This document shows positions 8,609 to 18,434 of a stretch of DNA of 50,639 nt, piece by piece. The stretch is from Rhizobacter sp. Lineage in GTDB: Bacteria; Pseudomonadota; Gammaproteobacteria; Burkholderiales; Burkholderiaceae_C. Both the position numbers and the translations under genes were made by a program. Where the stretch lies: positions 1 to 50,639 of the forward strand of contig JAYSYW010000168.1 in NCBI GenBank assembly GCA_043727255.1, written 5' to 3'. The notes beneath the pieces are model-generated. The model searched no databases. It worked only from the letters and a program-made list of their open reading frames with translations, and was not told where the DNA came from. Within the stretch, counting starts at the first letter, position 1. Every line of letters starts with the position of its first letter.

Positions 8609-10678
8609 ATGAACACCGCCACGCGCAACCCTTTGTTGTCGCCCTGGGACGCTCCCCATGGCCTCCCGCCGTTCGCCGATGTGCGTGCCGAGCACTTTGC
8701 GCCAGCGTTCGAGCAGGCGCTGACAGAACACCGCGCCGACATCGACGCCATCGCCACCAACCCGGCCCCTCCGAGCTTTGACAACACGCTGGCCGCGTTC
8801 GACCGCGCCGGCCGCTTGCTGGCCCGCACCGAGGGCTTGTTCTGGAACCTCGCCAGCAGTGAGACCTCGCCTGAGCTGCAGGCGGTCGAGCGCGAACTCG
8901 CGCCCCGGTTGGCCGCGCACACCAACTCGGTGTTCCTGAACGAAGGCCTGTTTCGACGCGTCGAGGCGCTGAATGAACAGCGCGCCGCGCTCGGCCTGAA
9001 CGCTGAGCAGCAACGCCTGCTGGAACGCATCCACCTCGACTTCGTGCGCTCGGGCGCGCGGCTCGCCCCCGAAGCCAAGCAGCGGCTGGCGCAGATCGTC
9101 GAGCGGCTGGCTGGGCTCACCACCCGCTTTTCGCAAAACGTGCTGGCTGAAGAGGCTGGCTACCAATTGGTGTTGCGCGACGATGCCGAGTTGGCCGGCC
9201 TGCCCGACTTCGTGCGCGCCGTGGCGCGGCAAGCTGCGCATGAACGTGGCCTGGAAGGCGCCTGGGTGGTCACCTTGTCGCGGTCGCACATCGTGCCCTT
9301 CTTGACCTTCTCAGACCGGCGCGACCTGCGTGAGCAGGCGTGGCGGGCCTGGGTGTCGCGCGGTGAACACGACGGCGAGCACGACAACCGGCCGGTGGCG
9401 CGCGAAATCCTGAGCCTGCGCCAAGAGCAAGCCCGCCTGCTGGGCTACCTGACCTATGCCGACTACGCCTTGGCCGACACCATGGCCGGCAACCAGACGG
9501 CGGTGAACCAACTGCTGCAGCAAGTGTGGGAACCCGCCAAACGCTGCGCCGAGCAAGACCGCGAACTGCTGCAGGCCGAGGCACGTGCACGCAACGAGCC
9601 CACCACCATCGAAGCCTGGGACTGGCGCTACTACGCCGAGAAGGTGCGCCAAGCGCGCTATGAACTCGACGAAGCCGTGGTCAAGCCCTACTTCCCGCTC
9701 GAACGCATGGTGGACGCGCTGTTCGACTGCGCCCAGCGCCTGTTCGGCCTGCACTTCCGGCCCCGTGCCGACCTGGGCGCCTACCACCCCGACGTGAAGC
9801 TCTACGAGGTGCACGACGGCGACCCGGCCCAGGGCGCGCCGCTTGTCGGCATCTTCTTGCATGACAACTTTGCGCGGCCCACCAAGCGCAGCGGTGCGTG
9901 GATGGGCACCTACCGCCAGCAGACGAAGAACGCGCTCACTGCGGGCGAACGGGTGCTGCCCATCATCGTCAACAACAACAACTTCGCCAAAGCGGCGGCG
10001 GGTGAAACCACGCTGCTCAGCTTTGATGACGCGCAAACCCTGTTCCATGAGTTCGGCCACGGGCTGCACGGTTTGCTGTCAAACGTGAACTTCGAGCGGT
10101 TGGCCGGCACCAGCGTGCTGCGCGACTTTGTGGAGCTGCCGTCGCAACTGTTCGAGCACTGGCTCAGCGAGGCCGAAGTGCTGAAGCGCCACGCGCGCCA
10201 CTTCGAGACCGGCGAACCGATTCCCGATGCGCTCATCGCCAAGCTGCAGGCGGCACGCCGCTTCAACCAGGCTTACGAGACGCTGCGCTACACGGCATCG
10301 GCGCTGGTCGACATGGCGGCGCATGCGCAGAACGATCCCATCGACATCAGCGCCTTTGAAGCGGCAGAGTTGCAGCGCATCGGCCTGCCGCCGGGCATCG
10401 GTGTGAACCACCGGCTGGTGCACTTTCAGCACCTGTTTTCAGGCTCGGGTTACGCGGCGGGGTACTACGTCTACCTGTGGGCCGAGGTGCTGGACTCCGA
10501 TGGTTATGACGCCTTCACTGAAGCCGGCAACCCGTTCGACCCCGCCGTGGCCAAGCGCCTGCGCGACAACATCTATTCGGTGGGCGACAGCCGCGAGCCG
10601 CGCGAGGCGTACCGCGCGTTCCGTGGCCGCGATGCACAGGTCGAACCGATGCTGCGCGAGCGGGGCTTGGCGGGTTGA
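8609..10678 (+). CDS. dcp: M3 family metallopeptidase (peptidyl-dipeptidase Dcp-like)
   Basis: NPLL N-terminus, KRSGAWM, zinc motif HEFGHGLH, DFVELPSQLFE, YAAGYYVYLWAEVLD; GGAG RBS upstream. Confidence 0.92.
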   Translation: MNTATRNPLLSPWDAPHGLPPFADVRAEHFAPAFEQALTEHRADIDAIATNPAPPSFDNTLAAFDRAGRLLARTEGLFWNLASSETSPELQAVERELAPRLAAHTNSVFLNEGLFRRVEALNEQRAALGLNAEQQRLLERIHLDFVRSGARLAPEAKQRLAQIVERLAGLTTRFSQNVLAEEAGYQLVLRDDAELAGLPDFVRAVARQAAHERGLEGAWVVTLSRSHIVPFLTFSDRRDLREQAWRAWVSRGEHDGEHDNRPVAREILSLRQEQARLLGYLTYADYALADTMAGNQTAVNQLLQQVWEPAKRCAEQDRELLQAEARARNEPTTIEAWDWRYYAEKVRQARYELDEAVVKPYFPLERMVDALFDCAQRLFGLHFRPRADLGAYHPDVKLYEVHDGDPAQGAPLVGIFLHDNFARPTKRSGAWMGTYRQQTKNALTAGERVLPIIVNNNNFAKAAAGETTLLSFDDAQTLFHEFGHGLHGLLSNVNFERLAGTSVLRDFVELPSQLFEHWLSEAEVLKRHARHFETGEPIPDALIAKLQAARRFNQAYETLRYTASALVDMAAHAQNDPIDISAFEAAELQRIGLPPGIGVNHRLVHFQHLFSGSGYAAGYYVYLWAEVLDSDGYDAFTEAGNPFDPAVAKRLRDNIYSVGDSREPREAYRAFRGRDAQVEPMLRERGLAG

Positions 10679-10708
10679 TGAACGGGGGCTGAGCTTGCTG
10701 CGGCGGGC

Positions 10709-11989
10709 TCAGGTTGCGGGCTGGGCGTCTGGGCCTTTGGGCGCACCCAGGCCCAGTCTCCGTCCATTGAGCAGTCGCCCCACCCAGGTGGCTCGCACGC
10801 CCCAGTGGTATGTGACCAGCAAGACCAGGCAGGTCAGCACGTTGATCAAGGCGAACTTGATCGACCAGTGCAAGTCGATCGACATGAACGCGGCCTGCAG
10901 CCCCATGACCAGTGGCAAATGCATGATGTACATCCAGTACGACGCATCGGCCACATAGCGGATGACGGCGCTCTTTCCGCTCAAGTACCTCACGCCAGCG
11001 CCAACAAAGGCCAGCGTCCAGCACGTCAGCGCGAGCCCATAGGCTGCGGCATACACCGGCTTGACGAATTCAAGGGGAACCCGCGGTTGGCTTGCGGCGT
11101 CAGGCCCCAGCAGGTGCACGCACACCAGCGCGCCCACCAAGCCCAGCGCGAAGTTGAGCGGCCAGCGGCTCCCCAGTGCAGTGAGCAGTTGTCGTTGCCG
11201 ATCGAGCAGCCAACCCATGGCAAACACGTACAGGTAGACGAAGAGCGGAATCAGCGGCGGGACGAGGGTGTAGCCGGGTGTGGGAACCCCTGTTTCACGG
11301 ACCCAATCGGTGATCAGACCCAGCGCGACGGCGATTGGCAGGGCAAGCATCACGGGGCCGATGCGAGAAGAAAACGCGAACCGAAGGGCTTGGTCCGCAC
11401 GCCCAACAAGCCATTCGCTCGGGTCGATCACCCGCAATGCACTGCGTGCCGCAAGAACGATCGCGTACAGCCACAAGAGCAGGTACAAGAACCACAGATG
11501 CATGAAGCCTGGGTTGGGTGTGCGTAGGGAGTCGGGAGGTGGCAACTCGCCTCCGTTGGCCCGGGCAATCGTCCACAGCACGACGGCACCGATCAAGACC
11601 AGGCACACGACCCAACCCAACACCAGCGGTGCCACGATGCGCGCCGCGCGATTCCGCAGGAACCCCCGCGTCCCTTCACGACAAAACAGAAGGCGAGCGA
11701 AGAAGCCCGCCATGAGGAAGAACACCGACATCCTGAAGACGTGGATGACGAAGGCCGCGAGGGTCAGCGCCGTGCTCTTCTGAACGTCGCTGATGGGCCA
11801 GACCTCTGCGCTGAGTCCGGGGATGAAAGACAGGCAGGCATGAAGGCAAATGCCCAGCAGCAGGGCCGCCGTTCGAATGGCGTCCAGCGCGTGCAGGCGA
11901 GGCGGTTCGCTGTCGGGGGTTGTGCGTGTTTCGGCGTTGGGTTTTGCAGAAGAAGCGGGCATGTGCTCTGAGATGTGAGGGGGACCCAT
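10709..11989 (-). CDS. Acyltransferase-3 family membrane protein (MdoC/OpgC glucan-modification-like)
   Basis: RLHALDAIR, HVFRMSVFFLMAGFF, HLWFLY, ASYWMYIMH; many TM helices; start may be 11962. Confidence 0.85.
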   Translation of the reverse strand: MGPPHISEHMPASSAKPNAETRTTPDSEPPRLHALDAIRTAALLLGICLHACLSFIPGLSAEVWPISDVQKSTALTLAAFVIHVFRMSVFFLMAGFFARLLFCREGTRGFLRNRAARIVAPLVLGWVVCLVLIGAVVLWTIARANGGELPPPDSLRTPNPGFMHLWFLYLLLWLYAIVLAARSALRVIDPSEWLVGRADQALRFAFSSRIGPVMLALPIAVALGLITDWVRETGVPTPGYTLVPPLIPLFVYLYVFAMGWLLDRQRQLLTALGSRWPLNFALGLVGALVCVHLLGPDAASQPRVPLEFVKPVYAAAYGLALTCWTLAFVGAGVRYLSGKSAVIRYVADASYWMYIMHLPLVMGLQAAFMSIDLHWSIKFALINVLTCLVLLVTYHWGVRATWVGRLLNGRRLGLGAPKGPDAQPAT

Positions 11990-12000
11990 GGAGGATCGAT

Positions 12001-15000
12001 CTATGGAAACAATCGATCCAGCGCAGCCAGGAACGTTGTGAAGTTGATCGGCTTCGTCCAGTAGTCGTTGAAGCCCGCTGCTGAGGCGCGGGCGATGTCT
12101 TCGGGCATCGCGTTGGCCGACAAGGCGATGCACGGGATGTGCGCCGTCTCGGGCTGGCTGCGCAGGCGCTGAAGCACCTCGAAGCCGTGGATGTCGGGGA
12201 GCTGCATGTCCACCAAGATGAGGTCGGGCTTGAGCGTGCGTGCGCGTTCCACCCCCTCCATGCCGGTCAGGGTGGACTCGATCGTCAAGCCGGCGTGGGT
12301 GCGCACCAGTTCTTCCACCAGCAGCACGTTCACCGGGTTGTCTTCGATGTAGAGCAACTGCCCGGCGCGCGGGCCGGCGGGGCGTGGCATCAGGGAAAGG
12401 GCTGACGGGTCGAGTGGCGCTGGTGTGGCGCGCGTCAACGCCGGGGCATCGTCGGCATTGCGCGGCAGCCGAACCTCGAAGCACGAGCCCACGCCCGGCT
12501 CGCTTTGGGCGAGGATCGAACCGCCCATGCGCTCGACCAGCGCCTTCACCACGGCCAGGCCGATGCCGGCGCCTTCGATGCCTTCGCGCTCCATGCCGAG
12601 CCTGTTGAAGGGCTCGAACAGGTGCGCCATCTGTTGCGGGCTCATGCCCCGGCCGGTGTCTTTCACGCGCATCACCACCATGCCGTCTTCCCGGTTTGCC
12701 GACACGGTGACTTGACCCTGCGCGCGGTTGTATTTGACGGCGTTGCTCAGCAGGTTGATCAGCACCTGCCGGGTGCGGATGCGGTCCACCTTGAGCACCT
12801 CATCCATCGGCTCGGCCGAGGTGTGCACGCCGAGGCTTCGCGCATGGGGCTCGACCAGCGCCATCGCCTCGCCCAGCACCTCGCCCAGCGGCACCGGCTG
12901 CAGGTTGAGTTTGAGTTCACCGCTTTCCAGGCTGGAAAGGTCGAGCACGTCGTTGATGAGCGACAGCAAATGCTCGCCGGCCGACTGGATGTGCCCGAGC
13001 TTGTCACGTTGCTCTTCGCCCAGCAGCCCCGGGTCGAGCCGCAGCAGTTGCGCGAAGCCCAGCACCGCGTTCAGGGGCGTGCGCAGCTCGTGGCTCATGC
13101 GTGCCAGGAACTCCGACTTCGCTTTGCTCTCGCGTTGGGCGATCAGCTTTTCCTGGCGCTCGCCCTCGGCCATCACGCGTTCGTGCACGTCCCAGTTCAC
13201 ACCGATCTGGCGCGCCACCTGGCCGTTGCTGTCGTACAGCGGGATCGAGCGCGACGCCAGCCAGCGGTAGCCGCCGTCGGGCATGCGCACCCGGAATTCA
13301 TAGGTGCACATCTTGTGGTCGCGCACCGCTTGCTCGTGGAGCTGCACGATGCGTTCGATGTCGTCGGGGTGGGCCAGCTCGAAGCGCAGCTCGTTGGAGC
13401 TGCGGGTGGAGTCGGGCGGCAGCCCGCGCATCAGGTACATCTGCTGGTCCCACAGCACGGTGTTGCTGCGGATGTCGCGTTCCCAGGTGCCGATGCCCGC
13501 GCCGTGCGCGGCCAGCGCGATGCGCTCGTTGGCCTGGTGAAGCGCGGCCTCGGTGCGCACACGCTCGGTCACGTCGATCGTGATGCCGAACAGCCACGAC
13601 TGGGCGTCGCGCTTTTCGTGCCGCGCCCGGTTGACGAGCCAGCGCACCTCGCCATCGGGCAGGACGATGCGGTATTCGTGCTCGACCGTGGTGTCTTCGG
13701 TCGCGCGCAGTTCGGCATGCGCGGTGCGCATCTTGGCCCGGTCGTCCGGGTGAATGATCTGCTCGATCCATTCGTGGCGGGTCGGCACGCCAAGCGCCGG
13801 CAGGCGGCCAAGAATCTCGAACATCTCCGCGTTCCATTCGCCCCGGGGACGGTTCGGGTCGCGGCTCCAGATGCCCAGGCCGGCCGCCGCCGCCGTCACT
13901 TCGAGTCGCTTGGCCAGCTCGCTCGCGTGGCGCGTTTTCTCGACCTGCTCGGTCACGTCGAGCGCCACGCCGACAAATTCGATCGGCGTGCCCGCGTCGT
14001 CACGGCGCAGCACGCGGCGCGACAGCACGTAGCGCCACGAACCATCAGAACGCCGGTAGCGCGCTTCCATGTCCACCGGGCGGTCGGTCTGCAATGACTC
14101 TTCCGCCGCCGCCGCCACCTTGGGCAGGTCGTCGGGGTGGATGAGCGCGCGCACTTCGTCGAGTGGCAAGCCATCGGGCCGGGGCTGAATCTCGATGACT
14201 TGGAACGCCCGGTCGTTGTAGTAGATCCGGTTCGACTTCAAGTCGTGGCGCCAGATGGCGATGTTGCCCAGGTCAACCGCCAGCTTGAGTTGCGCACTCG
14301 TCTTGTTGAACGACTCGGCCAGCTCGTACACCTCGGTGTCATCGACCATCACCCCGGTCAGCAGGTACGGTGCGCCGTCGGGCGAGTTCTTGACCTCCCA
14401 CTGCGCATGCACGTGGCGAAACTGGCCGCTCGGCAGCATCAGCCTGTAGCGCTTGGAGTACTTGCCCGCCTTGAGGGCCGACGCCCGGTACAACTCGCCG
14501 GGGCGGTCGTCAGGGTGGATGCGTTTGGCGACGAGTTCGAAATCGGGCACGCCATCTCGCGGGTCGAAGCCCCACAGGCGAAACATGTGCGGGTCCCAGT
14601 GGCCCTTGCCGAGCGGCAGGTCACGCTCCCATAAACCGAGGCGGCCGAAGTCTTGCGCCGTCTCCAGCCGTTCTTTCACACGCTTGGCCTGGGCCTGCGC
14701 ATCGCGCAGTTCGGTGGTGTCTTTCATGACCCAAAGCCAGCGCGCGTCACCGGTGTCGTCACTGGCCGCCAGCGGCTTGAGCATGGCCTGAGCCCAACGC
14801 TGTTCGGCCGCGCCGTTGTGCCAGGGCAGCTCGAAGATCTCGAATGTGTCGACGCCTTCGAGCGCCGCTGCCACCTGGGTCCATTCGGGTGCCCCGCGAT
14901 CGTGCGAGCCCAGGGCCTGTGCGAGCGTCTGGCCCAGCAGACTGGTGGGGCGGTAGCCGCTGGCGCGCTCGAAGCCGGCGTTGACCCAGACGATGCGGCC

Positions 15001-15102
15001 TTTCGCATCGGCGAGGGCCATCAACTCGCTGCTGGCGTGCAGAAGTGCGAGCCAGGCACCCGGCGGAGGGCGGGGCAGCGGCGGGGTGCGACGGGTCGCC
15101 AT
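12001..15102 (-). CDS. Cytoplasmic multi-PAS hybrid sensor histidine kinase with receiver
   Basis: About five PAS/PAC repeats (IHPDD motifs), H-box FLARMSHELRTPLNA, NLLSNAVKYN, GAGIGL, receiver LYIEDN...DMQLPD. Confidence 0.93.
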   Translation of the reverse strand: MATRRTPPLPRPPPGAWLALLHASSELMALADAKGRIVWVNAGFERASGYRPTSLLGQTLAQALGSHDRGAPEWTQVAAALEGVDTFEIFELPWHNGAAEQRWAQAMLKPLAASDDTGDARWLWVMKDTTELRDAQAQAKRVKERLETAQDFGRLGLWERDLPLGKGHWDPHMFRLWGFDPRDGVPDFELVAKRIHPDDRPGELYRASALKAGKYSKRYRLMLPSGQFRHVHAQWEVKNSPDGAPYLLTGVMVDDTEVYELAESFNKTSAQLKLAVDLGNIAIWRHDLKSNRIYYNDRAFQVIEIQPRPDGLPLDEVRALIHPDDLPKVAAAAEESLQTDRPVDMEARYRRSDGSWRYVLSRRVLRRDDAGTPIEFVGVALDVTEQVEKTRHASELAKRLEVTAAAAGLGIWSRDPNRPRGEWNAEMFEILGRLPALGVPTRHEWIEQIIHPDDRAKMRTAHAELRATEDTTVEHEYRIVLPDGEVRWLVNRARHEKRDAQSWLFGITIDVTERVRTEAALHQANERIALAAHGAGIGTWERDIRSNTVLWDQQMYLMRGLPPDSTRSSNELRFELAHPDDIERIVQLHEQAVRDHKMCTYEFRVRMPDGGYRWLASRSIPLYDSNGQVARQIGVNWDVHERVMAEGERQEKLIAQRESKAKSEFLARMSHELRTPLNAVLGFAQLLRLDPGLLGEEQRDKLGHIQSAGEHLLSLINDVLDLSSLESGELKLNLQPVPLGEVLGEAMALVEPHARSLGVHTSAEPMDEVLKVDRIRTRQVLINLLSNAVKYNRAQGQVTVSANREDGMVVMRVKDTGRGMSPQQMAHLFEPFNRLGMEREGIEGAGIGLAVVKALVERMGGSILAQSEPGVGSCFEVRLPRNADDAPALTRATPAPLDPSALSLMPRPAGPRAGQLLYIEDNPVNVLLVEELVRTHAGLTIESTLTGMEGVERARTLKPDLILVDMQLPDIHGFEVLQRLRSQPETAHIPCIALSANAMPEDIARASAAGFNDYWTKPINFTTFLAALDRLFP

Positions 15103-15322
15103 GGGTGGTGGTGGTGGCGGGCGGGTCTGCGGCAGGGCTGGCTGGCAGTCTAGCCCGCAGTGCTTTCAAAGCCTACCCACCGCTGCCACGGTGCAGCAAC
15201 GCGGTGTGCCGCCTGGCACGGATGCACCACTGTCGGACGATGCCCACGGCCAGATCACCTGCGCGCCGATGCGCAACCCGAGCCCCGCTGCCTACATTCA
15301 GGTTCACTTGGAGGTAGCCCCC

Positions 15323-15931
15323 ATGCGCCGTCTTTGCATCCGAACGATTCTTGAGCGCCTGGCCGCACTCACCCTCGCCGCCTCACCCTGGTTGCCGTTG
15401 CATGCGGCGCCTGCCGTACAGAGCGTGTCGCAGGTGAACCCGCAGCGCTACGCCGGCACTTGGTACGAGGTGGCGCGTTTGCCGAACCGCTTTCAATCGC
15501 AGTGCGCGAGCGACGTGACGGCCACGTATGCCCTGCTGGAAGACGGCTCCCTGCAGGTCGTCAACCGATGCCGCCGCGCCGACCAAGCCTGGGAGAAGGT
15601 GGAAGGCCGTGCCGTTGCCGCCGAGGGTGATGCCTCGGGGGCGAGGCTCAAGGTGAGTTTCTTGCCCCGCTGGTTGCAGTGGCTGCCGCTCGGGCAGGGC
15701 GACTACTGGGTGGTGCTGCTCGACGACAACTACCGCTATTCGGTGGTCAGCGAACCCTCACGCGAATACCTGTGGGTGCTGTCGCGCACCCCAACCCTTG
15801 ACGCCGCCACCTTCGGCCAGATCAACGCCTGGCTGCGCGGCAACGGCTACCCGGTGGACAGGCTGGTGGCCACGCCACAAAGCTTGCCGGCAGGAGCGTT
15901 CACCGTCACATCACAAACCGAGCGCCCATGA
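15323..15931 (+). CDS. blc: Lipocalin family protein (Blc-like)
   Basis: Signal peptide, RYAGTWYEVARLPNRFQ, GDYWV, YLWVLSRTP; GAGGT RBS. Confidence 0.88.
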   Translation: MRRLCIRTILERLAALTLAASPWLPLHAAPAVQSVSQVNPQRYAGTWYEVARLPNRFQSQCASDVTATYALLEDGSLQVVNRCRRADQAWEKVEGRAVAAEGDASGARLKVSFLPRWLQWLPLGQGDYWVVLLDDNYRYSVVSEPSREYLWVLSRTPTLDAATFGQINAWLRGNGYPVDRLVATPQSLPAGAFTVTSQTERP

Positions 15932-15958
15932 AAAAACGCGGCCGAAGCCGCGTTTTTT
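15931..15958. terminator. Bidirectional rho-independent terminator
   Basis: AAAAAACGCGGC-CGAA-GCCGCGTTTTTT between convergent blc and csp genes. Confidence 0.9.
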
Positions 15959-15977
15959 GACGGACGATTCGCGGTGC

Positions 15978-16187
15978 TCAGAGCACGCGGATGTTCGCAG
16001 CTTGCAGGCCCTTTTGGCCTTGCTTGACTTCGAACTCGACCTTCTGGTTTTCGACCAGGGTCTTGAAGCCGTTGCCCTGAATGTCACGGAAGTGGGCGAA
16101 CAGGTCAGCACCACCTGCGTCTTGAGCGATGAAGCCATAGCCTTTGGCTTCGTTGAACCACTTCACGGTACCGGTTTGCGTCGTCAT
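15978..16187 (-). CDS. cspA: Cold-shock protein (CspA family)
   Basis: [15 protein letters not shown] (RNP1) and LFAHF (RNP2); 69 aa. Confidence 0.95.
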   Translation of the reverse strand: MTTQTGTVKWFNEAKGYGFIAQDAGGADLFAHFRDIQGNGFKTLVENQKVEFEVKQGQKGLQAANIRVL

Positions 16188-16357
16188 GGACGATTCCTAT
16201 CTATAAAACAATAAAAAATGTGGGGCACATGCCTCACCTGCAGAAACACTCAAGATAGTTATTTGGGGGGTTCATCACGGCGGGGACTGGAACCAGTGCC
16301 GCCCACGAAAACAACTCTCACAACCGCGCTTGCGTATAACTGTGGCGCGAATATACA
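16188..16357 (-). promoter_or_regulatory. Probable csp promoter and long AT-rich 5' UTR
   Basis: Minus-strand TATATT -10-like hexamer near 16350-16355, followed by about 150 nt of A/T-rich leader; long 5' UTRs are typical of cspA genes. Confidence 0.45.
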
Positions 16358-16473
16358 CCGCGAGTTTGCGGGCGCGAACCCGCATGCAGCCTTGCGCTCA
16401 GACTTGGTGGCTGCGCACAACAGCACCTCGCTGACACAATTGCCAGCACCATTTCCACACCCAAGGAAACCCT

Positions 16474-17580
16474 ATGAAGACACGTGCCGCCGTGGCCTGG
16501 AAAGCCGGCCAACCGCTGACCCTGGAAACCGTGGACCTCGATGGTCCGAAAGCTGGCGAGGTGCTGGTCGAAATCAAGGCCACCGGCATTTGCCACACCG
16601 ATTACTACACGCTGTCGGGTGCCGACCCGGAAGGCTTGTTCCCCGCCATCCTGGGCCACGAAGGCGCTGGCGTGGTGGTTGATGTAGGCCCCGGGGTCAC
16701 CTCGCTGCGGCGCGACGACCACGTGATTCCGCTCTACACGCCCGAGTGCCGGCAGTGCAAGTTTTGCCTGTCGCGCAAGACCAACCTGTGCCAGTCGATC
16801 CGCACCACGCAGGGCAAGGGTTTGATGCCCGACGCCACCTCGCGTTTTTCAATCGACGGCCAGCCCATCCTTCACTACATGGGCACATCCACCTTCAGCA
16901 ACTACGTGGTGGTGCCCGAGATCGCGCTGGCGAAAATTCGCCCCGACGCGCCGTTCGACAAGGTTTGCTACATCGGCTGCGGCGTCACCACCGGCATTGG
17001 CGCGGTCATCTTCACGGCGAAGGTGGAGGCAGGCGCCAACGTGGTGGTGTTCGGGCTGGGCGGCATTGGCCTGAACGTGATTCAGGGCGCCAAGATGGTG
17101 GGTGCCGACAAGATCATCGGCATTGACACCAACCCCGCCCGCGAAGCCATGGCGCGCAAGTTCGGCATGACGCACTTCATCGACCCGAAAGACGTGGGCA
17201 ACGTGGTCGATGCTGTTCAGCAGCTTACCGACGGTGGCGCCGACTACAGCTTCGAGTGCATCGGTAACACCACCACCATGCGCCAGGCGCTGGAGTGCAG
17301 CCACAAGGGCTGGGGCCGCAGCATCATCATCGGCGTGGCCGAAGCCGGTGCCGAGATCAGCACACGGCCGTTCCAGCTCGTCACAGGCCGCAAGTGGGAA
17401 GGTTCGGCCTTTGGCGGCGCGCGCGGCCGCACCGACGTGCCCAAGATCGTCGATTGGTACATGGAAGGCAAGATCAACATCGACGACCTGATCACGCACA
17501 CGCTGCCGCTCGAGAAGATCAACGAAGGCTTCGATTTGATGAAGCGCGGCGAGTCGATTCGCTCGGTCGTGCTGTTCTGA
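16474..17580 (+). CDS. frmA: S-(hydroxymethyl)glutathione dehydrogenase / class III alcohol dehydrogenase
   Basis: GICHTD, GHEGAG, CRQCKFC...C zinc ligands, TRPFQLVTGR. Confidence 0.97.
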   Translation: MKTRAAVAWKAGQPLTLETVDLDGPKAGEVLVEIKATGICHTDYYTLSGADPEGLFPAILGHEGAGVVVDVGPGVTSLRRDDHVIPLYTPECRQCKFCLSRKTNLCQSIRTTQGKGLMPDATSRFSIDGQPILHYMGTSTFSNYVVVPEIALAKIRPDAPFDKVCYIGCGVTTGIGAVIFTAKVEAGANVVVFGLGGIGLNVIQGAKMVGADKIIGIDTNPAREAMARKFGMTHFIDPKDVGNVVDAVQQLTDGGADYSFECIGNTTTMRQALECSHKGWGRSIIIGVAEAGAEISTRPFQLVTGRKWEGSAFGGARGRTDVPKIVDWYMEGKINIDDLITHTLPLEKINEGFDLMKRGESIRSVVLF

Positions 17581-17591
17581 CGGGGCAGGCC

Positions 17592-18434
17592 ATGCCGATC
17601 AAAACGCTCAGCGAACACGCCTGCTTCGGCGGCGTGCAAGGCTTCTACGCGCACGACTCAACGGCGATCGGCCTGCCGATGCGATTCGGCGTGTACCGGC
17701 CGCCGCAGGCCCAGGGCGGCCCGGTGCCGGTGCTGATGTACCTGGCCGGGCTCACCTGCAACGAAGAGACGTTTGCCATCAAGGCCGGCGCGCAGCGCCA
17801 TGCGGCCGAGCACGGGTTGATGCTGGTCACGCCCGACACCAGCCCGCGCCACACCGGCATCGAAGGCGCCGATGCGGCCTGGGACTTCGGCACTGGCGCC
17901 GGCTTCTACCTCAACGCCACCCAACCGCCTTGGAACGCGCGTTGGCAGATGGCCTCGTACATCACGCGCGAGCTGCCGGCGCTGATCGCCCAACACTTCC
18001 CGGCGCGTGCTGGCCGCCTGGGGCTGTTTGGCCACTCGATGGGCGGGCATGGCGCGCTGACCTTGGCCTTGAAGCACCCGGGGCTGTTCCAGAGCGTTTC
18101 CGCCTTCGCCCCCATCGCCGCGCCCATGCGCTGCCCCTGGGGCGAAAAAGCCTTCACCGGCTACCTGGGCGAAGACCGCGCGGCCTGGGCCTTGCACGAC
18201 GCCACCGAACTCATCAAGGCCGGGGCACGCGCACCGCACCTGTTGATCGACCAGGGCCTGGCCGACAAATTCTTGGCCGAGCAACTGAACCTTGATCTGT
18301 TCGAGGCCGCGTGCACGCGCGCCGGCCAACCACTCACGCTGCGCCGTCATGCGGGCCATGACCATGGGTATTACTTCATCTCCACGTTCATGGCCGAGCA
18401 CTTGGCGCATCACGCACACATACTTTGCGCATGA
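17592..18434 (+). CDS. fghA: S-formylglutathione hydrolase
   Basis: CFGG, YLAGLTC, PDTSPR, GHSMGGHGA, DHGYYFI. Confidence 0.95.
   Translation: MPIKTLSEHACFGGVQGFYAHDSTAIGLPMRFGVYRPPQAQGGPVPVLMYLAGLTCNEETFAIKAGAQRHAAEHGLMLVTPDTSPRHTGIEGADAAWDFGTGAGFYLNATQPPWNARWQMASYITRELPALIAQHFPARAGRLGLFGHSMGGHGALTLALKHPGLFQSVSAFAPIAAPMRCPWGEKAFTGYLGEDRAAWALHDATELIKAGARAPHLLIDQGLADKFLAEQLNLDLFEAACTRAGQPLTLRRHAGHDHGYYFISTFMAEHLAHHAHILCA

Noticed and set aside
11990-12484. N-terminal extension of the 591-aa ORF, suggesting an overlapping gene or kinase-acyltransferase fusion
   Set aside because: Arg/Pro-rich alternate-frame read-through of the kinase 3' end, typical of high-GC DNA.
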